From: Utricularia gibba
Lineage: Eukaryota; Plantae; Magnoliophyta
Assembly: GCA_002189035.1 (NCBI GenBank)
Contig: NEEC01000023.1
Location: forward strand, 62,001-126,000
DNA length: 64,000 bases
Reading direction: 5' to 3'
The position numbers were made by a program, and so were the translations under genes. Under the pieces are notes generated by a model. It was given only the letters and a program-made list of their open reading frames with translations. It did no database searches and was not told the origin of the DNA. Shown here in pieces: positions 50,473 through 63,503 of this stretch (position 1 is the first letter of the stretch; every line of letters starts with the position of its first letter).

Positions 50473-52913
50473 ATGGGGACGACTTCTTCCATCACCGTCC
50501 CGATCCCATCTCCGTTCCGCCACGCGCCGCTGTGAACCCGCGGCAGGCTACTTTTTCCTCGACTGTGGCGCCTAAGCCACGCACCAGCTACGCCGATGTC
50601 CCGTACATGTATTCCAATTACACTCCCACACCCTCAAAGCATCGGCTTTCAGTAACTAGAGCCTCCACCGGATCGTCATCTGTTTCTTCCATTCTGCTGC
50701 TACTCTTTTCCCTGCGCTCTCTCTATTCTCTCCTTCCTTTCTTGCGCTCCTCACCACCTTCCTTTTCCATCTTTCCGTTCGCTTTCCTCGTCTCCCTGTT
50801 TTCTTTTGCTCTCACGCTGGTTTTCTTTCTATCAGCCTCAACTTTGCGTAGGGATCGGAATTTTGGGTGGCCTTTCTTTGGTCTCAGTTCACTTACCCAA
50901 TCCCAGCGGACATGCCTAATTGCCAAAGCCTTACTTCTAGGAGTAGTTTTTCTGCTGAGGTTCCAGGCATTGAAGAAATGTGGCACCGCGGCGATGATAT
51001 TGGCAGAGGTTGCGGGGAATGTGGGAGCTCGCTTTGTGCGAGAAGGCAAAGAAAAGAGCTTTGGGATGTTGAGTTCCGTTGGGTCACCAAGGGTGCGTGG
51101 CCTTATTGCGTTGTTTTTAGGGTTGCTTTTGTTGTCTATTAGCTGGGATCGAGTTGAGTGTTTTCCTTTCTCCCATATGCATATTACGAGCAAAGATTTT
51201 CTGTCGTTGCCTAGTGAGAATTGTTTAAGGATCGGATCAGTTTTGCTTCCCTTGTTGTCAGGGTTTTTGGGCTACTTTGAAAGCGTTTCAAGTAACTTGA
51301 TCCAATTGCGAGAGCTTGGACACAAAAGGGTTCGCTTGATGACTCTTTTCTGCACCACTGTCTTTCTTGTAGTACCAGCTACTGTTAGTATGTTTGTGTT
51401 TGAAGCCGAAGGAGATAGTATATCGATATCAACACTTGGCTGGCCGTTGGCAAACACTGTAGTATTTGGTGTGCTTTTGAACGAGAATTACACAAATGGT
51501 AAAGTAGGATCATCAAAATTGACACAGGAGGAGTATTTCGTATCCTTCTTCTGCATGCTTGTTTTGGAAATGTTCTACTTCTCTGAGTTATCTGTCTGTG
51601 GGTTGCTGATAAGTGGTTTTCTGATATGGGTTGCTGTGAGGGAATTGAATCTTATGCATTCTAGTTATCCTGATTTGGGCAATCATTCCTCAGACTCATT
51701 CGGTGAGGTTCTGATGAAAGCTCTGCGGCACATATTCAGTGAAAGGAAATCACGCAAGATTGCCCTTTTTTTGCTGATAAACACTGCTTACATGGTCGTT
51801 GAGTTTGTCTTTGGGTTTATGAGTAACAGTCTTGGGCTAATATCTGATGCTTGTCACATGTTATTTGATTGTGCTGCCCTGGCAATTGGCTTATATGCAT
51901 CCTACATTGCACGGTTGCCTGCGAATGTTCAATTTAACTATGGCCGTGGAAGGTTTGAGGTCCTCTCCGGATTTGCCAATGCCATCTTCCTTGTTCTTGT
52001 TGCAGCCATGATTACACTCGAGTCATTTGAGAGAATCTTGGAGCCTCAAGAGATTTCTACAGGTAGCTTGATGGCGGTTTCTGTTGGAGGTTTGATTGTC
52101 AACATTGTTGGGCTTTTATTCTTTCATGAGGAGCATCATCATGCTCATGGTGGATCCGGGGCTTGTAGCCATTCCCATCCCCACTCTCACTCCGGCAACC
52201 ATACTCATGTGCACAAGCTCGATGGTGGCTGTAAAGGTGAACACAGAGAGCTTGTAATACATCATGGTTCGCATGAGCATCGCCATGAGCATGGTCATTC
52301 ACATGAGCATCACCATGAACATGGTCATTCACATGAGCATCACCATGACCATGATCATTCAAATGAGCATCATTGCAGAAATCACGATCATCATCACCAC
52401 CACCACCACGAGGATGGAGGCAAGGCATTTTTGGAGAAAAGGGATGAGAGGAATCATCATCACGATCACCACATTGACCACAACATGCAGGGGATCTTCT
52501 TGCATGTATTAGCAGACACAATGGGGAGCGTTGGTGTCGTTATATCAACTCTTTTGATCAAGTACAAGGGATGGCTTGCTGCAGATCCTGCATGTTCTAT
52601 ATTCATCTCTGCACTCATCGTCTTATCTGTGATTCCCTTGCTCACAAATTCTGCAGAAATCTTGCTTCAAAGAGCTCCCAGATCTCATGAGCATGGTATC
52701 AAGCATGCACTGAATGATGTGATGAAGATTAAAGGTGTGTGCAGCATTCAGAATCTGCACATATGGAGCTTTACAACTATGGAAGTTGTTGGAACAGTCC
52801 ATCTTCATGTATCAAAAGATGCTGATAAACAATCAATCAGGATCCAAGTAACCAGCATCTTACATGATGCCGGGATAAAGGACTTGACTTTGCAGATTGA
52901 GACTGTGCAATAG
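50473..52913 (+). CDS. MTP12: Cation diffusion facilitator MTP12 / ZnT5-like zinc transporter, intronless
   Basis: Extended multi-TM N-terminus, then SRKIALFLLIN, LGLISDACHMLFDCAAL, FNYGRGRFEVLSGF, His-rich loop, NMQGIFLHVLADTMGSVGVV. ATG 50473 joins the 50532 ORF after one G is restored at 50475-50478. Confidence 0.93.
52272..52373 (+). repeat. 30-bp tandem repeat (about 3.4 copies) in the MTP12 His-rich loop
   Basis: Unit catgagcatc(g/a)ccatga(g/a/c)catg(g/a)tcattca encodes HEH(R/H)H(E/D)H(G/D)HS. Confidence 0.9.
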
Positions 52914-53671
52914 TGACCAACCTTTCCTGCAGCTCACATTACAAATGTTTGTTTTGTGGATGTAGCGGAATTCTTTAGACAGCAATGTGTTATGTACTAT
53001 ATGCGTTGGCACTGGTTGGTAGGATTATATATTCTCACTCTGGTTTGCTCTAGAGGATTATAACTTGGAACTCTCTGAAGGTTTCCGAAATTCGGCCTTA
53101 CAAGTTACTTGTTTCTGTTTAGACAGCAATCTTCACGGCTGCTTTTTGGCTGTAGGTGAATCTTGCTTGGGCATACCTGACAACAGAACAGGTCACAGCT
53201 GATTGTTTCTGTTGGCTTGCCTTTTTGGTTCATTCAGAACTTATGATATGCATACAGCAGCAACAGCACTTGAATTTGTGTTAAATGAAGGGAGAGATCA
53301 TTCACTTAACCAAATAAAGATTGCCAAGTTTCAGGGGATTGTTGAGTGAAAACCTATACACAAGGGATACGCGTTACACTACTATGTTGAAAGAACGAAC
53401 AGTACAGTAATTGAGTACGATGTTGTCTCTTCCTCTCTGAGAAAGTGCTCCTGGGCGCTCCTTCTCTCCTTTTCCTCCAACACAGGCAGCCAGAGTACAT
53501 GGTTGAGGATGTAGCCGAGCCTGCCATGACCAACAATGGTTGTGGATGAAGATTCACTGCCAGCCCCATGGTCGCCTATAATGATAAAGAACAACAATGT
53601 TAACAGATGGGGGCGGAATTGTTGAAGAGCTGAGAGGGAAGATCACAAAAAAGTTCTTACCTCAAAGGAAA

Positions 53672-56600
53672 TCAGTAGCCAACCATTGAGAAATCTAAGA
53701 ACTGATGAAACCGTCGCACTGCAGCCTTGTAAGTTTGGGAACTTCTGTCTGTTGATCGATTTTTCCGCTCTCCCAAACGAATAAAGTAGTCCTCTGTGTC
53801 GAGGACGTATGATATCTGAATGAAGAATCAGGGATCATAAAGGTGAGGCCTCAAGCAACACATGCAATGAAAGATTTTGAGGAATACTGATTCACTAGCT
53901 CAGTAGAAATAAGCGCGTACCTTGGACGTGCTGGATGCCATCTTGCATTCCAAGCCGTTCATGATCTGGGTGTTTTCAGTTGCCTTGTTAAGGGCAGATG
54001 CTTCATCCAGATTACTGTATTTGCGCATATTCCTGCATGCGTCCCGCCCGGGACACAAAAAACACAGATCAACCAATGTACTTCCATGCAACTTTTCTTT
54101 TCAGTCCATCTTTCTGTGACAAATCCATTTTTTGAAGAGAAATGTACCTCTTCTGTGCAACTGCTGATGACTCCCGTCTTCCTTCGGTACCCAACAGATA
54201 CTCATAGTAAAGATAGGTAGCAAAACTAGGATCAACTGAAACTGCAATAACTTCAGACTTCTCGTTTCCATCATCCATCAGTTGAATGGATAACCGGGTA
54301 GGGTTAATTGACTGCAGCAAAAAGGAAAACCACGTCATCAAACAAACTACACCATGTTGGGTGACAAAAAACTACAGCATTCGGCATTCAGGAAGAGAGT
54401 TCAAACAATTCTTACACATTCAAGCCGGTAGATATTCTCATCGTGCAGAAGCACATGGACATTTTCATAGTTAACTGAGTCTACGTACTTGAGTGGCTTC
54501 CTTGATTTTTCATAATCAAACAATTGCAGCAATTTACAGCACATCTCATCACTTGAGATATTTTGCAGCTGTTCAAGGCAGCCAAAGTCAATAAAACACT
54601 GAGGTTTAAAAGTTTGACGCACAGAGAAGAAGGCAGGTGAGTACCTGTTTTACCAACTTATATATTAACTTATCCAACGTGAATAGCACATATGACTGAT
54701 TTCCAATCAAAAACCGGCAATCATCTTCATACTTGGTATTATCAGAGGACCCATCAAGCAAACTGAACAAAGCGCTCATGAATCTGCAAAGAAAATGAAA
54801 AATGTTATTAAAAAGCTCCAAGTATGGGAAAAGAAAACAACCACACACCTTGCATTGGGATCAGCTGCTTCCTTGGATGTCCTCCATTTTGATTCACTAG
54901 ATATGGAATTCAGCTTTGCAAACAATATTCTCTCATATAGTGTCTGCGGGAGTAAAGAAAAAAGTATTCACCATCCAAAAAGAAAAAAACATATCTAGGA
55001 AACAGAGGAACTTGCAACACATTAGATTTACCTGATGCAACCTAAAAAGTACATAAAACGAATCATTTCCATAAAGAACTCGCCGTTCCTTTATCTCTTC
55101 GCCAGCCAAGGGGGAAGAAATATGCTTACAAAGAGGCTTACATGTCTGCAAGTGTGGCTGCGGCAGAGGTAGAGAGGCCCCTTCCATACCATTAGAGTGG
55201 GTATCACATACAATCTCATCCTCACCCTCACTCTCAACTTTACCATCAAGGTCATCATGATCCACATCTTCCTCTTCTTCATGCTCCTCCCGTGAAGACT
55301 CATCTGCAACAGATTCACTGCCAGAAACATCTTCTCCAGCCTCGGAATTGTTTTCACTGTCCTCATCGTCAGCATCCACATCATTTTCACCCGCAACATC
55401 TGCACCATTTTCTTCATTAATATGCACCTCGGGTTGAAGCTTTTCACTTACGGCATTTTTCTCATTGATGTTTTGCATGGTGGACTCCTGATATGCGGCA
55501 AAATTGTCCTCAAAATCACCATTGGGTGAAAGCTCGCCCTCTTCTTTTTCAGCTGCACAAGGATCAACCGAATCCTCCTTATCTACACTGATCCTGTAAA
55601 CTTCCCCAAATTCATGAACTTTGGTTCTGTTCAATTTCAATATATCACCACCCTGTGGGTAAAAACACCAAAAAAATTGAAAAAAAAAAATCAAGATATT
55701 GATTTACGAGCAAGGGATCAACTTTCATAAAAAAATATACGCATGCAATCAAATTAAATTTCGAGGCCAAGCCAAAATCAGGAACCACACCTCTGAAGAG
55801 ACTCCATCTTCTGCATCACGTTTCACATTGTTAACTCCGTCAATTGGTCCGTGTGCTGTATTTGGAGCCAAAATATCAATTTGAAAAGAAATTATATATA
55901 AGCAGAAAAGGTATACGGTAAGCAAATTGAAAAATAATCATTTCTAGTATGCACATACCGTGATTAACATCTGGTCTTGAAGTGAGGGCTATGTCATGGT
56001 TGGCTGATCTTTCACCAGAATGCAAATCGAGTCCCTCCTTCACCACGCCATCCATGTCCACTGTACCAGAAGTAAGGTTGAGAACTTGTGGTAATGCAGC
56101 AGATTCATCATCACAGATGAATCTACTTTCCTTCAAGCTCGTAACTGTTGCATCACCAATCTGACTGCCATCACATTCTATCATGTCTGATGCGTGACCT
56201 TTGTCTGCTTTTCTCTTGAGGACATCATCTCTAGTAGGATCTAGACCATGTATCCTGGAACGGACACCTAGCATTGGCTCAAGAAAGCTAGTCCAGAATC
56301 TCAAAACTTTGTGCAGTTGGTCTTTTGTTGAGCATATCTCTTCACAGGAATGCTTGATAATTCTGAAGATATCGTCATGGACATCTGCATCAGCATACTC
56401 AAATTCCATGTGCGGACATAGAGAATGCCTACTTCCAGCCGCAATGGTGAGAAGAGCATCATCCTCATTCAGCATTTTATCCCTGATCTCTTTGATTTCC
56501 GCAACTAAAGCTGTAATGGGATACAACAGAGAACACAACAATTAAACCACACAAGAAAAGAGAGCTGTTTTAAGTTGGTAGCATTGACATGAGAAGAAAC

Positions 56601-59600
56601 AAAAAGTATGAATTAGTTCACCAACATTTTGAGCTCAAATTCTTTGAGTCTTGTTGCTTAAAGTAGAAGCTGCGATGATCAAGTGACTTGTAGTGGTTCT
56701 TTTGATATATTTCAGCCCAAACTTTGTTAAAATCTGAACGACACTTGGTCCACTCCTCCTGCTTTTGTTTCAGACGAGTTAAGATGACAGGCAGTGCAAG
56801 AGATGGATTTTTACGCAAAATTTCCATCACATCTAGACCATGGTCACCATAGAGGCGTTCAATGCATCTTAAATTGAGGGCTGTGAAGATCAAGATAAGG
56901 AACCCACTGTGAGTGACTTGAAAATAATAGGAACGTTGTGCAGCCTTTTTCAGACATGAATGCTTGAAAACCTTTAAATACATAAATTTGACAACCATTT
57001 GTACAGACCTGTGAAATGATCCTCAATTTGTATGGGGCCATCTGATCCAATTGTATTATCTGTAATACTGTTCAGGAGTTCCTCGGCTCGCTTGGAAGTA
57101 GAACTGACTGACTCTAATAGCATGTCCAGTTCGAATCTGAACCCATTTAAAATGTAAAAAGAAGATAGCATGCACGATAATCTGAAGCTAAATGAATTGA
57201 AATTTGACTAGAGTTATCCCTTTTTTTTATTTTCTAATTTGGTTTTTACCTGTCATCTTCACATCTAAAAAGGCTTTCTTCATACTGGTTCCTGCGCATG
57301 TGCTTGAAGGAATAATCTTCACTGCCTGATGTCACAGATACCCACTTGTCATTGAGAACTTGATGACCAAGATCTGATCTCTGACTAGCAGACATTATTG
57401 GGTACTGCAAAGTTGAAATGAAGACAGTGATTATTAAAATATTTCTCTATGATTTTCCCAAGAGTCAGGACACGGTATGCCTTACATCATCTGGAAGAAG
57501 ACGATAACTAGGAGTGCAGCGCTCAGAATTGGAAAGGTCTAGCTCCTGAATGGACTTTCCGAAACATTTGGAATTGAACTGTTCCTTTTCTTTTCCTACT
57601 TCTCCTTCACGTCGTTGTTCCTTTTCATTATCATCAACTCTTGGTGTTTTTGAGGAGCCTCCTTCATTCCATGAAGATTCTGCTTGCAATGAAGAAAAAA
57701 GTGTGTAATATTAGAAACCATTTTAACTTTTAATATAATTTAATGGTAAAAGATATTGCAAATTGTAATATCATTCTCGTGGATGATCAAGCAATGCTAG
57801 ACAAGGGCCAGGCTGCATACTTTTTCTTATAACGCCTGGAAGAAATCCATCTGAAAAACAGAGATCTGTTAGCAAATAGACAATAAAGCATATAGGTATG
57901 CTGGAGTGTAGAAACCACTACCAATGCGCTCACAACGCTCAAAAAATTCATTGAATCCCTCCAGAAGATCAGGGTACTTTCCAAGCAAATTAGCAACCTG
58001 GAAGAGCAGTGAATGAAATAATAATTTCATAAGATCATGCAATAACACAATTCGGGTAAGAGGGCAACAGCTCAGCCCCTAGCCGCAAGAGAATGTCAAG
58101 AATAAAAACGCCCGCAAAAGAAAAAAAAAGCTGCAGTATTACACGCAAGATTTTTCTATGTAACTAAAGCAAATCAGCCTTACCAAGCCCTGCAATTCCT
58201 GTCTGTTGATGATTTCCGTGCTGTAAAGATGAAGGCATTTCAAGAATGCCTGGTAATCATCTGGACTGTGCAACCTTGCTTTAACCTTTTCACAGAAAAG
58301 GAACTCCTGGCTATAAGCACCTGCAAGAAAATACAGAATAAGCTCAAAATCAAGTATCAACTAATCCTGCATTTGTCTACAAAATGCCATTGGTCAACAA
58401 GCAATGGATTAGCCTTAAGTTCGCAGCAAAGCAGCGTCAAGTTATTTGAAACATTCAACGACAATATTGCCTTCAATTTTCATACATCCATCCTCTTATA
58501 TCTAGGCCCGAGATCAGCTAACATTGGATACTCAACTAAATGGTGCTTATCTCTAGAAGTTAAGATTTCCAAAAAATAAAATACCAGAACAAATGAAACT
58601 TTCAATGTTGGAATGAGACAAAATTTGAAGCACTGGAGAACAGTGTAGTAGTAAATCACCTTTTGAGGCATCCTTATCCTCAAAGGAAGCAAAATTTGAT
58701 GTTCCCACAATGTCATCAACTTTCCTAGCAGCCTTTCGTTTATCAGAAAGTCGATGCATACTAATGTCACCATGATTATCATTGCCATGATCTCTATCAT
58801 CAGTATCACGGTTTCGCCTTTCCTTGTTTTCCCTCTCATTATATTTCTTCTGTTCCTTATGCAATTTCATAATACTTTTATCTTCTTCCAAATCCAGAGG
58901 CTCAACACTTTGATCTCGTTCTCTACTAGAGTCTATAAGCCTGTCCTTGTGTTGCCGCTGCAGAAAAATAGACAGAAGTCGAAAAAGACACACACAAAAA
59001 AAAAAAAAAAAGGAAATGATTGCAGAGAAGTTACAAAAATCAAAATACCTTATCTAAATATGGTTGCCTCATCGTGGTCAAGACAGAACTCTTGTCGTCA
59101 TAGCTATGAAAAGAATGACGACCAAAAGGACCATGAGAAGCTGCTGTGGTTGATGAAGAGTCTGGCAGAAATCTTGTAAACTCATCAAGGAGATCTGGAT
59201 GGTCACCAAAAAGTGTTGCTACCTTCAAACCAATTAGACTCATAACAGTAAGAATGAGAATATAAATCAATTTCATGAACCGGCGTCATTATTCACAATG
59301 CTAAAAGATCACGAAATATAGGACTAGCTCTGCAAAATACACATACCTCTCCATAGACCTCAGTTATACTTTTGTGTTCTTTGCGGTACATGTTCAAGAT
59401 GTCAAGGAACGATTTGTAAACACGATCATCATCTTGAAAACGTTTCTGCAAGTGATAATCAACATTAATTACAGTTCTATATAGAGTAAACATTTTAAGC
59501 AACACATACCACACGTGCAAAACAGCAGGAGATCCCACCTTAATTTTATTGACAAAACTGATAGCTTCTTCAAACTCAACAGTCTTCTTTGGAGGGGCTT

Positions 59601-60520
59601 CTTCATCATCAGTAAGAGTTATTTCATAGCCCTTTGGCAAGAATGTATTAAAACCGAGAATCAGATTAGGATGCCCCTTGAATAATTCCTTCACTCTAGC
59701 AATGACACCAGCCGTATCAATCCTGTAAAGGCAAAAAATTAAGGAAAAAAACATCACTGGGTTTTTGTCAAGGAAGAGCTGATACCGTTGAGCCTTGAAG
59801 TCTTTCATGACATCAAGAAAGCAGTCATATTTTTCTCTTCGATCCTGAAACATGTCTTTCACTTGCTTCAAATAACTTAAGGCATCATTCGTAGTGAGCT
59901 TTTGCGTGCTGACAGAAGTAACTCCGCTGGCCGCATTACCACTACCATTACCAATGCCACCAACAACATTTCCAGTGCCAGGGGGAGGTTGCGATTGTCC
60001 AAATCTATGAAACGATGGCAAAGACGAAAAATTTCAGCCACAATGAGTGACGGAGTAGATCATCATACGAGAATTATTGCCCAGTACCAGAAAAGAGCGA
60101 ACTTGAATAGTTAATTAGAAGAGATATTGAAAACCCTACCTGCCAAACCCCATCCCTTACCATGTCAGGAGCCCTAGTTTACAATACCAATTTCCACAGG
60201 CATCGAAACAACGCGATCAGATTCCAAACAGGCGCAGGATTCAAATATGTCAAAAACGATACCGCGGAAAAAGGATTACACAAACATTTCGATGACTAGA
60301 TAACTCTCAGTTTTCTAGAAAAAGTACGCCCGCCATGAACCCCGATGCCAAAACTCTAAATACATGCAAAACCCCTATTATAAAACCAACACGCATAGCA
60401 AGAGTATCGTTCAAGAAAACAAGATTCACGATGGGTCTTACGATTCCCCCGCGAAGACGAAGCACCAAGCGGTCGCTTGAATTGCGGGTTCACATAAACC
60501 TCGTCTCGCAATCGCTTCAT
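53672..60520 (-). CDS. SNL2: Paired amphipathic helix protein SIN3-like (SNL1/SNL2 group)
   Basis: [19 protein letters not shown]1 [111 protein letters not shown]. One base is missing at 60446-60450. Confidence 0.93.
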
Positions 60521-61655
60521 ACTCCCCTATCAATATGCCAATTAAAATGTCAGAAAACCCACACAACGTTTCCTTCAACCATCAAACGCCAATCTTTCCG
60601 CCAGGAACCCGATACCACAGGCCTGGAAAGGAGAGCAAGACGTGAAAAAGGTGACTAACCTCTGGCCTCTTGAGTCTCTACCGAGAGGATTTTGGTAACA
60701 GATCTAACAAAACAGGCAACCCACACGAAAAACCGAACCCTGAACAATCAAACAACACTTGAAATTTCAGATACGGTCATCATCCTCCAAACTCCGCTGC
60801 CCCCTGCCTGGGAGAAGATGAAGAAACAAGAGTTGCAGGCGAACACATCACCAGAAGTTAAAAGGAAATTGAAGTAATGCAGTAGCCGAATGGGTTTCCA
60901 AGATACCTCTTTTCTCAATAAACTACTTGCTACTCGTCATCTTGTATTTTGTAATAACGTTGCTTCCGGGACGTAACTTATGTTTATATTTAGAAACAAA
61001 AAAGTATTTTAATTAATTAATTAATCATTAATGGAATTTTGATTGTTAAATAATTAAGTATGAATTTACTAAGATAGGATTTGATAAAATCAAATATTAT
61101 ATTCAGTTTCCGAAATGAGTTTGTTATATAATTTTAATATTGTGTTTATAAAATTGTATTAATTAATCAAAAACCTTGAAAGAATATAGTGAATTTTATG
61201 TGATAAGTATGAATCCCAACAACTACAAAAATAATAAAAATAAATTCTAGATAAGAAAAGATAAATTGTAATTAAAATAATCTATAAGCTATTTAAGGTA
61301 ATTAAATATTTAATTTGAGGTTATTATTGTATAAAATAAAACATATACCCCCTTTTAAATAAAATCATATTTATTTAAAATCAATTTTTGAGTTATAATA
61401 AATAATATTTTATTTAAAATTGGATATCAAACAAAATCCTATATCTTTTGCAATTAAAGATAGAAGATTATAAGGAAACACTCCCTTTAGTATGATTGCA
61501 TGCCCACTAAGCCTGTAGATCATCCTGTTATGTCTTGTTGCATGGATGATCTCTTTCAGAGCGGTTATATAGAAATTCAAATGCGCATTCCGCGAGCCGA
61601 ATGTTTTGAGGAAGTTGAGAATTGAAGCCTAGTCATTCGTATTCGGGAGAGCGCC

Positions 61656-63503
61656 ATGGCTGGAAGCAGCGACTCGCAGAAGCAGTTCATGTCTCTGATT
61701 CGCGATTTCTCCGCTGAAAAATCGCAAGGAGGTGAGATAAGTATCCCGCATTACTACTCTACACGGTGCCATCGACGCTACAGGACTGCGATCTGTGTCG
61801 CACGATATGTTTCACTTTCTTCTTCTCATTTTTTGGCGATTATTTGCAGAGCGGAGAGTTGTAAATCTGAAGAAGGAAACAGATGAATTACGATCTCAAC
61901 TTGAAGCGGCGTATCTTGAGCTTGAAGAAACTAAGCGTCAAAAGGAGGCGATAGAGCAAGAGCTTAAGGGCTATGAAGTTGAATTATCCACCAGTGATGC
62001 TTCAATTAAAGCGCAAGAGGTATGGTTCAGGATCCAGGTTTGTTTTTCTTCTGAAAATTCTATTGATGTGTCGTCTCTATACTCTCACTCTGCCTCCAAG
62101 GGGGTCATGGATATGAACATATTACTGAAATTTTTCTTCATTGATCTGTACAATTGATTTTGTTTCGTGTTATAGGCGCGAATTGCTCAAACTAACAGTG
62201 AGATCTCAGCACTTGCAACCGCAATGATGGTTCTCAAGGTTTAGTTTGATCTTCTGCTATTTCTCCGAATTACATGAAGGAATGGTCATTTGATGTATGT
62301 GCTACTTCCACTGGCTGAATTGATTTTATCTTAACATGTTTCAATGGCCTAGAGCGATGAAAACTCTTCAAGGTAGAGACCTTTTCATGTTTGAGATTTC
62401 CGTGAACCAACTACTCATGTATTCAACCTTTGCACTTGCTCCTGCAGAGACAGCTTTATTGTTAAGATGCTGAACTTAAATGCAGAGATTCGGTGAGTTG
62501 ATATGGAACTCATTTTCCTTCAGCCAACTCATCATACTCTGTTTTGTAATTACTCTGCTGAGTTTTAACTATTCCATTATCATTTTTAATTTGTTGAAGG
62601 AAATTCCATGAGTTTTTCTGCTGTGCCTTCAATCCGACAACAAGCAACAGTAAGCAGCATCCGTATTCACATTTGGCTATAAAGTTCTATGTAGAATTAA
62701 AACTCTATGGGCTGCATGAGTAACTACAAATCCTCGTAGTCACTTAAATAGTGTTTTAGTTCATTGATCCTTTTTCAATAGAGCACTCCAGTCGGTTACA
62801 TAAGCAGGTAACTGTTACAGACGTTGCATTCAATTTTTGCTAAAATTTTGTACACTCATTATATCCGTATTTGGAGCTTAATATTTCTCTTTTCGGAAGA
62901 AAGGTGGCAAAAATGATGGACTTCTAGAGACATATGCTAATGCCAAAGATCCACACTGTAAAGCTGAATTAATAACTCATGATCATGTGAGAAAGCTGTC
63001 TTCATCCTTAATCCTGCTTGATCCATGGGCCTATTTGATTGGAATGCAGAGTGTGCAACATATCTTCCTCTCATTATGCATCTCCTTGAAACATGCATGA
63101 CGTTTATTTTTTGAACAAACCAGGGGCAAACTGCTGACGTTAGTCAGTTACAACAAGAGCTCAGTAGTTTAGAAAAAAGAGTTCAGCTAATGGAGTCCTT
63201 GATGAAAGAGAGCATGGAACTAAATGAACTGAGCCAATATCCTTGGATTTCCCAGTTTTTTTACTAAACTTTCACAGTGTTCAGCTCCCCATTGTGTTTT
63301 CTCATACTGTCATATAATTTTTCCTGACATGAAACAAGCAGATATCTGAGTTGGAAGAAAATTGCGTTGCTTTGGTTGATAAGATGCATACCAACGCATT
63401 GTGCCCACGCTGCCATAAAGATAATTCAGGGGAACTCGGGGTCCTTGAAAAACGAGACGATGATGCGCAAGGCGACCAACATAGTTCAGGTCTTGATGCT
63501 TAG
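61656..63503 (+). CDS. Uncharacterised coiled-coil protein similar to Arabidopsis At3g28370
   Basis: MAGSSDSQKQFMSLIRDFSAEKSQGE, EQELKGYEVELS, and a C-terminal CPRC motif. These match recalled homologue motifs QKQLLSLIRDF, LNGYEVELS and CQHC. Internal exon structure is partly inferred. Confidence 0.75.

Noticed and set aside
52099-52521. Asp/His- and Met/Ile-rich repetitive ORFs over MTP12
   Set aside because: These are shadow frames of the His-loop repeat.
9-52913. Zinc-homeostasis cluster (ZIFL and MTP12)
   Set aside because: The two genes are 50 kb apart with many unrelated genes between them.
343-60450. Programmed ribosomal frameshifting or RNA editing as a shared system behind the split ORFs
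   Set aside because: The breaks hit unrelated genes at unrelated positions, sit in short G/C runs rather than X XXY YYZ slippery sites, and have one polarity. Sequencing error is far more parsimonious.
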